64,000 bases of DNA from Octopus sinensis (GCF_006345805.1 NC_043016.1:22320001-22384000), one strand, 5' to 3'; shown: positions 1 through 10,917, counted from the stretch's first letter. Numbers and translations: made by a program. The notes: generated by a model from the letters alone, not told the origin.

Positions 1-100
1 TATAGACTTTTCCAATTTTCCCCGAGTGTCAAACTAATACACCTGCTTTTTCTCTCACATGTCTCTATCTTTTGTTTTCTGCACAATTAAACCATATAAA
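1..100 (+). mobile_element. 3' tail of a Penelope-like element (post-ribozyme segment), cut by the window edge
   Basis: AGACTTTT..CCCGAGTGTCAAACTAATAC..CTTTTGTTTTCTG is clearly similar to 4590-4680, the tail of the PLE at 2596-4680; it ends at a TA-rich tract. Confidence 0.5.
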
Positions 101-107
101 TATATAT

Positions 108-1072
108 CATCATCATCATCATTGTTTAATATCCGCTTTCCATGCTGCCATGGATTGGATGGTTTGACTGGGGGCTGGCAAGCCAGAAGGCCGCACCAGG
201 CTCCAATCTGATCTGGCAAAGTTTCTACAGCTGGAAGCCCTTCCTAATGCCAACCACTCCAAGAGTGTAGTGGATGCTTTTTACGTGCCATTGGCATGAA
301 GGCTAGTCATGTGGTACTGGCATTGACCAGGCTTGAATGGTGCTTTTTATGTGCCATTGGATTGGGAGGCAGTCAGGCAGCACTGGCAATGACCATGCTC
401 AAACGGTGCTTTTTGCGTGCCACTGGCATGGAATCAGTCAGCTGGCACTGGCATCAACCATGCTCAAATGGTGCTTTTTACGTGCCACCAGCACAGGTGC
501 AAATCAGGTGGTACTGTCATCAGCCACGACAACTTCACTTGCCTCAACATGTCTTCACAAGCGCAGTTTATTGCCCAATGATTAAAGGGTAATCTTAAAT
601 GGGCTGGTTATAGTACACTGGCATAGGCCATGGTTATGGTCTCACTTGGCTTGCCGGATCTTCTCAAGTACAACATATCTCCAAAGGTCTTGGTCACTTG
701 TCATCGCCTTAGTGAGGCCCAATATTCGAAGGTCGTGCTTCACCACCTAATCCTAGGTCTTCCTAGGTCTACCTCTCCCACAGATTCCCTCTACCGCTAG
801 AGACACACAGCTGTCCTCATCCGTACACAACACATGACCATACCAGCACAGTCGTCTCTTTTGCACATCACATCTGATGCTTCCTATGTCCAACTTTTCT
901 CTCAGGGTATTTACACTCTGTCATGTATGCAGACTGACATTACACATCCAGAGGAGCATACTAGATTCATTCTTTGCAAGCTTACACATATCCTCAGCAG
1001 TCATGGCCCATGTTTCACTACCATGTAGCATGGCTGTTTGCACACACGCATCATACAGTTTACCTTTTACTC
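108..1072 (-). mobile_element. RTE-clade LINE, 5'-truncated 3' fragment
   Basis: (CAT)n tail at 108-120, 3' UTR motif CTGGAAGCCCTTCCTAATGCCAACCAC, and decayed C-terminal ORF sequence alignable with 7358-7790 of the better-preserved copy. Confidence 0.8.
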
Positions 1073-1074
1073 TG

Positions 1075-1614
1075 ATTACAGCACTGCCATTTAGCCCTAG
1101 GAAACATCGACATCTGTTGGCTTTGACACATTTTCTGTGGGCTAAATGGCGGTGGTGTAATTACCTCATGGGACTGTCACATTGAGTTGACAGTATACAA
1201 TCACTATATCGCTTCCCCACCGCTTATGTCTGTCTGAGACATTTAGAAATTCAATATTTCTAATTTCGGTGATCAGTAAATAAATTTTACTGATAATATG
1301 ATTTATTTGCAGAGAGGTTGCTGTCATCTCAGCGAGCGAGGCAGGCTACCCTGAACTGACGATGAGCAATACACTCAGAAACATATGTCTTCAAGTGCCT
1401 TGTCCCGGCTTGCGGGGGTGATTGCCTCCCCTTTGCAAATATAAGGACACAGAAAATGTGTCAAAGCCGACAGGAGACGTCGATGTTTCCTAGGGCTAAA
1501 TGGCGGTGGTGTAATTCCCTCATGGGACTGTCACATTGAGTTGACAGTATACGACCACTATATCGCTTCACCACCGCTTATGTCTCTCTGAGACATTTAG
1601 AAATTCATATTTCT
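1075..1614 (+). mobile_element. Non-coding hammerhead-containing element (retrozyme-like or PLE pseudo-LTR): 354-nt period, terminal redundancy and inverted 5' segment
   Basis: Direct repeat 1139-1261 vs 1493-1614 (about 95% identical, offset 354). 1075-1139 is an inverted copy of 1448-1515. A hammerhead lies in the unique part and the 3' end abuts (TA)n. Confidence 0.7.
1352..1393 (+). ncRNA. Minimal type I hammerhead ribozyme
   Basis: Helix I TGAA(1352-55)/TTCA(1390-93); core CTGACGA 1356-62; helix II TGAG/CTCA with a 7-nt loop; GAAA 1378-81; palindromic helix III ACATATGT 1381-88; GUC cleavage triplet, predicted cut after C1389. Confidence 0.8.
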
Positions 1615-1727
1615 TATATATATATATATTATTTAAAAGATACAATACATGTCTTTAAGTGGTACTAATAGTTTCATATTTTGAGATTACTTTTCGTTGA
1701 ATTTTCTATCATGGAACAGTACATTTA

Positions 1728-1763
1728 ATATATATATATATACATACATACATATATATATAT

Positions 1764-1796
<33 letters not shown>

Positions 1797-1820
1797 CACA
1801 AACATATATATATATATTTA

Positions 1821-1865
<45 letters not shown>

Positions 1866-1884
1866 TATATTATATATATATATA
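1728..1884. repeat. (TA)n microsatellite, imperfect
   Basis: Read directly; representative of dozens of similar (TA)n/(TG)n tracts in the window. Confidence 0.9.
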
Positions 1885-1996
1885 TTCTTGTATTTCGAAT
1901 GGTCATTTTGCCAGTTCAGCCAATAAAAACACATGCACTATATATTTGGTGTTATTTTGCTTCAGTGTTATTTATTTTTACATTAAACTTAATCTT

Positions 1997-2595
1997 ATTT
2001 CGGCCAAATTCAATATTTTGATGGCAGACCTTGTCAGAATAATGCGAAATCTGTCCCGCATGTGCAAGCCTAAAGAGTTAAAGAGACACATACAACATTT
2101 CATTCACCGCATGCAGTTCTCAGGTTACAGCCATAAAGAAAGTATCAGAGTATACAAAGGAGGCATGAAGAAATTTGATACTATCTTATCTAATGATCAG
2201 AAGGGGATTTTCCTACTCTATAGGAGCAAGTCATGGAACACTATGGAAAGGACAAAGAAGAAAATAGGGATGGCCAACTCTTGGTATGATAGCCACAAAT
2301 ACCAGAGTGTTATGTTTGTTGACACCATTCCAAGAGGTGAACTGGCGTACCGCTTTAGAAGGACCCTAGACAAACTTAAGCTAAGGATTAAGGTTGTTGA
2401 AAAGCCAGGCAACCCTATCAAATCCATAATCGGTAGAACCTATCCTTTTAGTAGAACCCCCTGTATGGATAGGTACTGTACTGTGTGTAGATTTAGCCCA
2501 CAAACAATCTGTAAAGCCAGAAATGTAGTCTATAGTATAAGATGTATAGAGGGACGATGCAGTAACAAGACAACGATATACGTAGGGGAAACGGC
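1997..2595 (+). mobile_element. Penelope-like element fragment, Neptune-type (RT thumb, Cys-rich linker, start of GIY-YIG)
   Basis: Open frame KFNILMADLVRIMRNLS...YPFSRTPCMDRYCTVC...CKARNVVYSIRCIEGRC...IYVGETA. VVY..YVGET is the GIY-YIG motif. A second, more decayed copy lies at 62340-63215. Confidence 0.75.
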
Positions 2596-4680
2596 ACCGC
2601 CTCCAACCTCATTATCTGCACACCCACTATTTACTTCCTCCCCAAAATCCACAAACCTAACAACCCTGGCTGCCCCATCATCTCTGCCTGCAATTGCTTC
2701 ACAGAACTCATCTCCATTTATCTTGACCGTGTCCTTGCCTCACTAGTGGCTCCCTCCCCTCTCACATCCATGACACCAACCACACACTTCGTTTGTTCAA
2801 CTCTTCTCCTTCCTTCCTGGCTCCTCTAAACTTCTGTTCACTCTCGACATCCAGAGCCTTTACACGGTGATCCCTCACCACAAGGGGCTGCATGTACTTG
2901 TCCTTTCACTCAACTGCTTCTTGTTCACTGGTGATTTTTACCAGCAGGTCTTGGGAGTGGCCATGTGAACGAGAATGGGCCCCCAACTGTTTGTTGGCTA
3001 TGTTGAGGCCCAAATATTCTCAAGTTTCACTGGTCCCACTCCCAAACTATATGGCCGTTATATTAACAAAGGTATCAGTGTGACCTCACTCTCCCGCAAA
3101 CATCTAGACTCCTTCCTCTCTTTCCATTCTGCCCTCCACTTCTCCTGCACTATCTCTTACACCTTTGTCTTCTTTCTTGACATTTCGGTCAGCATTCATC
3201 ACTCCATTCTCACCACCTTCATCCACTAGAAACATACAAACTCACACTCATACCTCAACTTCTCCTCCTCCCACCCTAAACATACCAAGCTTTCCATCCC
3301 CTATTCCCAATTCCTTCGTCTATGCAGGCTCTGTAGTGACAACCATGACTTTGAGACTCAGTCTCAACTCATGGCTTGCCACTTCATCCTACGTGGATAT
3401 CCCCTCACCGTACTTGCCAGAGCACGTTGAGTGGATCGTGCATCTGCTCTCTCCTCCTGCACCCACCCCGCCTTCTCTTATTTCCCCTCACTACCACCCC
3501 ACCACCCTACCTCTCCAACGCACCATTCTCTGAGCCTTCCGGCAACTCCAGTCCAATCCTTCCACTTCACACATCTTCCCTAACTGACCCCTCCACTCCT
3601 TCAAACGAGCCCACAACCTACGAGGCCTCTTGGTCCACAGCTTCTTCCCTAACCCAATCTGCCAACCTGGTTTGTTCTCCTGCTGCTGCTGCCCCCGCTG
3701 CCACACTTGCCCTTACCTCTCCACACCACCCTCCTCACCGGCACCCATTATATCACCGACTCCTTCACCTGCACCTTTACCAATGTCATCTACTGCATCT
3801 CCTGCTCTCTCTGCCCTTCTCTATTCATCGGGCAAATGGAACACTGCTTGGCTGACCGGTTCGCGGAACACTTCCAAGACATCTGACTCGGCAATGACAC
3901 CCCGGTCTCGTGCCATTTCTGCTCTACCGGTCACTCTTTGCAACACCTGTCTGTGTTCGGATTGTCCTTGCACAGGGGCCATCCTAACTCCCATTTGTGC
4001 CATGAACAGGGATTAATCTTCTCTTTCTTCCTTTGCACCACATAGGCTCAAGTCTCCTCTTCTCTCCCCCTTACACCTACTTCCTTCTACCCACCTCTCC
4101 TCTCTTGCTCTGACTCCTACATCTTCTCTCCTACCCACCTTCTCCCTTCCCTTGTAACCCCATTCCAGCCCTACACAATCCAACCCCACCTTTCCTATCC
4201 ATCCCATCACTCCTTACACCCACTCCCACTTCTACCCTCACCCTCAGCCTACCCACATACCCCACCTCCCAACACCATCACACCACACTACACACCATAC
4301 CACATCACAACACCACACACACACTAGCACTGACCACTTCCCAGCCCCACATCCACACACCTACACATACATCTTGGTCACCAGCACTCTTCCACACACA
4401 CATACATACTCTCTTATACACACGCACCTTCATTTTGGGATCACCACTACTTTATTATCTCCCCTTCTTCCTAGTTCTCCAGTGTGACCTCTCTGTCCAG
4501 CATTAGCCATGATAGATCCTTAGCCACTACACATTTTTTATTTTCTCTCCTTGTTTCTTTCTGTGGAAGAGCATAGGCTCGAAACATTAAAGACTTTTTC
4601 ACTTCCTGAGTGTTAAACTAATACATGTTTGTCAAAATCACCTATCTTCACCTTTTGTTTTTTTGTGAATTTTTCCCCAT
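2596..4680 (+). mobile_element. Penelope-like element, Poseidon/Penelope-type, frameshifted (RT, GIY-YIG, 3' pseudo-LTR tail)
   Basis: Reconstructable motifs IYFLPKIHKPNNPG, LFTLDIQSLYTVIPH, QQVLGVAM, LFVGYVE..YGRYI, FLDISV and CTFTNVIYCISCSLC..FIGQ..RFAEH, followed by a pyrimidine-rich 3' region and a decayed hammerhead. Confidence 0.8.
4556..4593 (+). pseudogene. Decayed minimal hammerhead ribozyme in the PLE 3' end
   Basis: Helix I TCTTT/AAAGA, helix II GAGC-ATAG-GCTC and GAAAC are retained. The core reads CTGTGGA instead of CTGANGA, and the ACGT palindrome reads ACAT. Confidence 0.5.
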
Positions 4681-4689
4681 ATATATATA

Positions 4690-4732
<43 letters not shown>

Positions 4733-4895
4733 ATTAATCTTATTTCTATGTATTGGTTTATGATTTTCACTGTTTGATTTGCCTAAGAGTGGTTTTATCT
4801 CTAATTTAATATAATATATATATATATATATTTATACTATAAAATTAGATTTAATCCTAAATCTAATTTTTCCCTGTAAGTTTGGATTTACTCCC

Positions 4896-4942
<47 letters not shown>

Positions 4943-5079
4943 AAAAGAGAGAGAGACAGACAGAAAGACAGGTGTGTATGCGCATATACATTTCATATAA
5001 TACTCTTTTATTCATTTCAGCCATATGGCTGCGGTCATGCTGGAGCACCGCCATGAAATGTATATTTTGTAATTATGGA

Positions 5080-6000
5080 CATATCTATATATGACATCGG
5101 TTATTTCTCATTATATTTGGTCCGACACTCTTTCTTAATTTTATCAAAGCCTCACTCTTGACAGCTGAAATCTTGTTTGAAATAAGTGGTCTCAATCAAA
5201 TCATAATTTATTTGTTACCTCTAGTGTCTTAGAAATACAATTAAACTCTCAATCTATTACTTCTTCATTGACACTTAACATTAACTCTTCCTTCTTGAAT
5301 CAACGATCACCCAGCAAGTCATCAAGATATGCTTTTATAACTAAACTCATCCACCCTGTAATTGTATTCATATATACACGAGTATTTTGGCTAAATGACT
5401 GAGGGTCAAGGATTATATAATATGTACTGCATAATTGATATGACAGTATCATTGTTCTTTTCTATGTCTTCATGCTATATGATTTGTCACCTATACATTA
5501 TTGTAAACTGTGGAATAAATATAAGACCAAAGACTCCGTTCTCACTTGTTTTATGTGTGTGTGTATGTTGAAAAATGTTCGGTGGGGTTAAATTATAGTA
5601 ATATGCCTGATTGAACCCTACTCAACCTTTTTTCAACAAAAAATGCTAATGAGAGAAAAATAACTGAAATTGTTAAATGTTCTTTTCTGTAATCAAAGAG
5701 ATGATATTCTCTTCTGGAGACAAAGAAATGTCTAAACTTTCTGAGATAAGATATTGTAGTTTGTTTAGATATCCTGCCATTTAGGCTCTGAAATAGAAAG
5801 TTTTCAAAATTGAAAACAATCTGTCTGATTCCTTCATACAAGATCAGGGAATCAAGGAATCAGTCCATTTATTTTCAGGTTCAAAAAGTTTCTATTCTGG
5901 AGCTCAAACTACTGGACACATGTTCAGTTGATACTTTTCATTAAGATCATGTTTTGAGATTTAATCTTAGATTATAATTCTATTAACATCAATGATGCTT
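5080..6000 (-). mobile_element. Possible ancient L1/Tx1-like LINE relic
   Basis: Interrupted minus-strand frame ...LMLSVNEEVID*EFNCISKTLE resembles the RT motif LD.EKAFD.IDW.F..K.LE; similarity is weak and judged by eye. Confidence 0.25.
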
Positions 6001-6764
6001 CATAAATCAATAAAAGTACTTGACAGGCTATTTCACTGACTCCTGGATGAAAGGCAGTCACATACCTACACAAGTGCCCCACCCACCAATTTTGTTTCTT
6101 TATAACTTTCAGAAAATGGCTATTTTGAATGAAATTTCAACAAATACTTTGCAGATGGTGTACATTAAGATTATATTGAAATTTAACGAAGAAAAATATA
6201 TAAAAAACATGCACACTGACATACACATATCTAATTAATAAAAGTGAAATTCTGTCTGTTCATCGGGGACCCATGTATCTCAGTCTGCATTTGCTCTTCA
6301 TAGACATATTATATCTCTTTGGAATCAGGACGATCCTAGGATTGAAAATCAGCCCTTCATTTGGTTCTTGAACAACCAGCATTAGGATTTGATTTAAAAG
6401 CATTTGACATTACAAAACTAATTCGTACTAGAAATTGAAGTCTTTTGAATTCCAAGCTATTTCTAGCAGGTAAAGTGACTGCGAGAGATTCCATGTCACA
6501 GTATTACTGAGATAGGTGAACAAGAGTTATGGAATTTAGTGGTTATACCTTTTCAGTCATCACACTACGACCACACTGGGGCAACACCTCAAAGAATTTT
6601 AATTGAACAAATCGATACCAGTTCTTTCTTTTTTATGCCTGGTACTTTTTTTTAATGGCTTCTTTTACTGAACTGCTAAGTCATGTCAGTGAAAACACAT
6701 CAGTACTAGTTATCAAGTAGTAGTGGAGGACAAACTCAGACACAAAGCTACAATATATCTATTT

Positions 6765-9628
6765 CATCATCATCATCATCGTTTAGCGTCCGTTTTCCAT
6801 GCTAGCATGGGTTGGACGGTTCTACTGGGGTCTATGAAGCCAGAAGGCTTCATCAGGCCCAGTCAAATCTGGCAGTGTTTCTATGGCTGGATGCCCTTCC
6901 TAACGCCAACCACTCCGAGAGTGTAGTGGGTGCTTTTTATGTGCCACCCGCACAGGTGCCAGACAGAGCTGGCAAACGGCCACGAACGGATGGTGCATTT
7001 TGTGTGCCACCGGCACGAGGGCCAGGCGAGGCTGGCAATGGACACGAAACGGGGCGGTGCTGGCAACGGTCGCGAAACGGAAGGTTCTCTTACATGCCAC
7101 CGGCACTGGTAACACATCTGCAATTTCCATTGATCGATTTCGATTCTGATCCTCACTTGCCTCAACGGGTCTTCACAAGTAGAGTTTCGACATGCCACCG
7201 GCACTGGTAACACATCTGCAATTTCCATTGATCGATTTCGATTCTGATCCTCACTTGCCTCAACAGGTCTTCACAAGTAGAGATTTGTGTCCCAAGAAGG
7301 GAAGGTATGCATACGTAGGCTGGCTCCATCCCATGTAGAAGGCCACGGGTTATGGACTCACTTGTCCTGCCGGGTCTTCTCGCGCACAGCACACTTCCAG
7401 AGGACTCGGTCTCTAGTCATTTCCTCAGTGAGACCTAAAGTTCGAAGGTCGTGCTTCACCACCTCGTCCCAGGTTTTCCTGGGTCTGCCTTTTCCACAGG
7501 TTCCCTCAACCGCTAGGGTGTGGCACTTTTTCACACAACTATCTTCATCCATTCTCGCCACATGACCATACCAGCGCAAACGTCTCTCTTGCACACCACA
7601 ACTGATGCTTCTTAGGTCCAGCTTGTCTCTCAAGGTACTTACACTCTGCCGAGTATGAGTACTGACATTACACATCCATCGGAGCATACTGGCTTCATTT
7701 CTTGTGAGCTTACGCATATCCTCAGCAGTCACGGCCCATGTTTCACTGCCATGTAGCATGGCTGTTCGTATACACGCATCATACAGTCTGCCTTTCACTC
7801 TGTGCGAGAGGCCTTTTGTCACCAGCAGAGGTAAGAGCTCTCTGAACTTTGCCCAAGCTATTCTTACTCTAGCAGTTACACTTTCAGCACACCTGCCCCC
7901 ACTGCTGACTTGGTCACCTAGGTAACGGAAACTATCAACTATTTCTAGTTTTTCTCCCTGGAAAGTGACGGAAGTTGGTCTCAGAGCATTTTCAGTGTTT
8001 ATTGTTCCTGAGCATCTGCCACATACAAAAACCATCTTCCTAGTTAGCCTTCCTTTGACATTGCTGCACCTCTTATGTGTCCATAGCTTACATTTGGTGC
8101 ATCTTATAGAGTTTCTACCTACACCTTTTCTACAGATCAAGCAGGGCCATCTACCTGAAGTCGTTTATGATTGGTCAACCTTCCTACTTATTAGGACTTT
8201 GGTTTTAGCTAGATTGACTCTGAGGCCCTTCGATTCTAATCCTTGTTTCCACACCTGAAACTTCTCCTCCAGTTCTGATAGCGACTCAGCAATTAGAGCA
8301 AGGTCATCAGCATAGAGGAGCTCCCAAGGGCATCCTGTCTTGAATTCCTCCGTTATTGCCTGGAGGACTATGATAAATAGGAGGGGGCTGAGTACTGAGC
8401 CTTGGTGGACCCCTACCTCTACCCAGAATTCTTCACTGTACTCGTTTCCAACCCTCACCTTACTAGCAGCGTCCCTATACATGGCCCGCACAGCTCTCAC
8501 TAACCATTCATCTATCCCTAGTTTCCTCATTGCCCACCAGATAAGGGATCGGGGGACCCTGTCGAAGGCTTTCTCCATGTCAACAAAAGCCAGGTACAGG
8601 GGCTTATCTTTGGCTAGGTATTTCTCCTGCAGCTGCCTTACCAGGAATATAGCATCAGTAGTACTTTTCCCTGGCACAAACCCAAACTGCATCTCATCTA
8701 AACTAACTCTCTCTCTAATTAGTTGGGCTATGACCCTCTCCGTAACCTTCATCACCTGATCCAACAGCTTGATACCTCTGTAGTTATTTGTATCTAGGGC
8801 GTCACCTTTACCTTTGTAGCAGTTGACTATTATGCTGCTACACCAGTCATTGGGTATGACTCCTTTGTGTATCACCTGATTAACTATATGGGTAACTAGG
8901 CTATAGCCGACACTACCAGACATTTTGAGCATCTCTGCAGTGATTCCTGATGGGCCTGGGGCTTTCCCTGTCTTCATGCTTTAATTGCCTTAGCTACCAC
9001 GGAACTATCAACTCGGATAGCTGGTCCCTCTGTTGGGTCGACATTCGGCAGACTCTCTTTATCCCATTCATTTTCTTTATTCAGCAACCTTTCATAGTGG
9101 CATCTCCAAACCTCTCTCTTTGCAACCTCATTTAGCGCAAGTGAACCATCTTCCATGCGAACACACTTCTCTCCTACCACATCACGATTATCTCTCACAC
9201 ACTGTCTTGCAACGCGAAACACCTCCAGTCTTTGGTCCTCACGGCGCAGAACATTGGCAAATTTTTTCTTATCTGCTTCCCCTCTGGCTAAATAAACCGG
9301 TCTCCTAGCTTCTCTTTTGGCAGTCTGATACAATTCCCTGCTACTCCCATTTTTCCAGACCTTCCAAGCCTGTCTCTTTTCTCTAATAGCCCTGTCTACA
9401 ATATTGTTCCACCACCACGTTATTCTAGGTCGAGAGGGGACTTTGCACCAGCCACAGATCTGGTCAGTGGCTCTCAGCAGGTTGTCCCTTAGAAACGTCC
9501 AGCTGTCTTCTACCCCCTTCTACTTCGTCAGAGGCTTCAAGTAATATGTCCCTAAATCTCTGTCCATTTGCAGGATCTTTAAGCTTCCAGATCCTTCTTC
9601 TCCATATTGGTCGTCACTAACTACCAAT
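6765..9628 (-). mobile_element. RTE-clade LINE, young 5'-truncated copy (end of APE, full RT, PHD finger, 3' UTR, (GAT)n tail)
   Basis: ORFs 8974-9333, 8165-8977 and 7358-8140 carry KAPGPSG, QFGFVPG, FVDMEKAFDRV, GVHQGSVLSPLLF, LLYADD and RLRWYGHV..RPRKTW. They are separated only by one 1-bp frameshift (about 8977) and one in-frame TAA (8165-67). (CAT)n at 6765-6779. Confidence 0.95.
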
Positions 9629-9668
9629 ATACACACACACACACACATGATGATGATGATATATATAT

Positions 9669-10031
9669 CATCATCATCATCATCATTTAGTGCCCGCTTT
9701 CCATGCTAGCATAGGTTGGACGGTTCAACTGGGGTCTGTGAAGCCAGAAGGCTGCATCAGGCCCAGTCAGATTTGGCAGTGTTTCTACAGCTGGATGCCC
9801 TTCCTAACGCCAACCACTTTGTGAGTGTAGTGGGTGCTTTTTACGTGCCACCCGCACAGATGCCAGACGGAGCTGGCAAACGGCCACGAACGGATGGTGC
9901 TACGTGCCACCGGCACGTCGGCCAGGCGAGGCTGGCAACGGCCACAAACGGATGGTGGTTTTTACGTGCCACCGGCACGGAGCCCAATCGGGGCGGCGCT
10001 GGCAACGGCCACGATCGGATGGTTCGCTTAC
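9669..10031 (-). mobile_element. RTE 3' UTR fragment
   Basis: (CAT)n tail plus sequence closely similar to 6780-7090. Confidence 0.8.
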
Positions 10032-10065
10032 TTGTATATATATATATATATCTGCTATGATAATA

Positions 10066-10540
10066 ACTACTGAGTTTCTTAACACTTTGGATCCTCCTGG
10101 AATGCCCTCTTACAAACTGACATTGAAGAAAGGAGTTCCAAGCATGCTTTTGAGAAATCTGGATTCCCCAAAGCTGTGCAATGGAATAAAACTGATAGTC
10201 AGGTAAATGCATCCACATCTTTTGGAAGCAAAAATCTTCATGGACAAGGAAAAGGAGAAAATGTGCTTATTTCAAGAATTCCACTGATTCCAACAGACAT
10301 GCCCTTTGAATTCAAGAGACTTCAATTTCCAGTGAGAGTTAGTTTTGTAATGTCAATTAACAAGAGTCAAGGACAATCACTCAAAATTTTTGGACTTCAC
10401 CTCATGCAGCAGTGCTTTTCCTATGGTCAGCTCTATGTTGGTTGTTCCAGAGTTGGAAATGTCAGTTGGTGTGAGTATGAAGCATACTCACACCAAATGG
10501 TAAAACTAAGAATATTGTTTATCCTTCTGCTTTACAGTGA
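10066..10540 (+). pseudogene. Helitron RepHel PIF1-like helicase C-terminal fragment, frameshifted
   Basis: [39 protein letters not shown], then RIPLIPTDMPFEFKRLQFPVRVSFVMSINKSQGQSL..FSYGQLYVGCSRV and C-terminal GKTKNIVYP; classic Helitron helicase motifs. Confidence 0.85.
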
Positions 10541-10917
10541 TGCAAAATTCTCCAAATGTGATATAAATCTAAGATCGTAGGATACCAATAAATGCTTTAT
10601 TGTTTCTCTCTATTGTTTTGGCCCTCTTCAGGAGTTACTTTAAAAGTACGCACTTAAGCCAGTACAAAATGAAACGGGAAAAAATTGTGACGTCAGTCAG
10701 TGTATTTGTGTGCGCGCCTACCAACTTTTCATTAAATTTCTATATAATTATCTACAAAATCTGAAAAGTATTCATATGGAATTTCATTTAAAAATACCTA
10801 TTTTTCTTAAAGTTATGGGGAAACAAAGTCGATTCATGTGAATTATCCGAAACTCTTCTCACTCCGAAAATATTTTGCACCATTTCGATTAATCAAAATC
10901 TACACCATCTGAAAGAC

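Noticed and set aside
1503-1577. tRNA gene, or twister/twister-sister ribozyme
   Set aside because: No T-loop/B-box GTTC, arm geometry is wrong, and the conserved catalytic loops of those ribozymes are absent.
5593-5841. ORF resembling a tyrosine-recombinase/Crypton N-terminus (T..SYLRKF..FF)
   Set aside because: No catalytic R-H-R-Y motifs nearby; the adjacent frame fits a decayed LINE RT slightly better.
6229-6500. Possible non-autonomous Helitron 5' end (ATCTAATTAATAAAAGTGAAATTCTGTCTG)
   Set aside because: No second copy in the window and no convincing 3' hairpin with CTAG end.
7704-9308. Plus-strand ORFs overlapping the RTE (e.g. 8340-8759)
   Set aside because: Antisense shadows of the RT coding frame, with no independent motifs.
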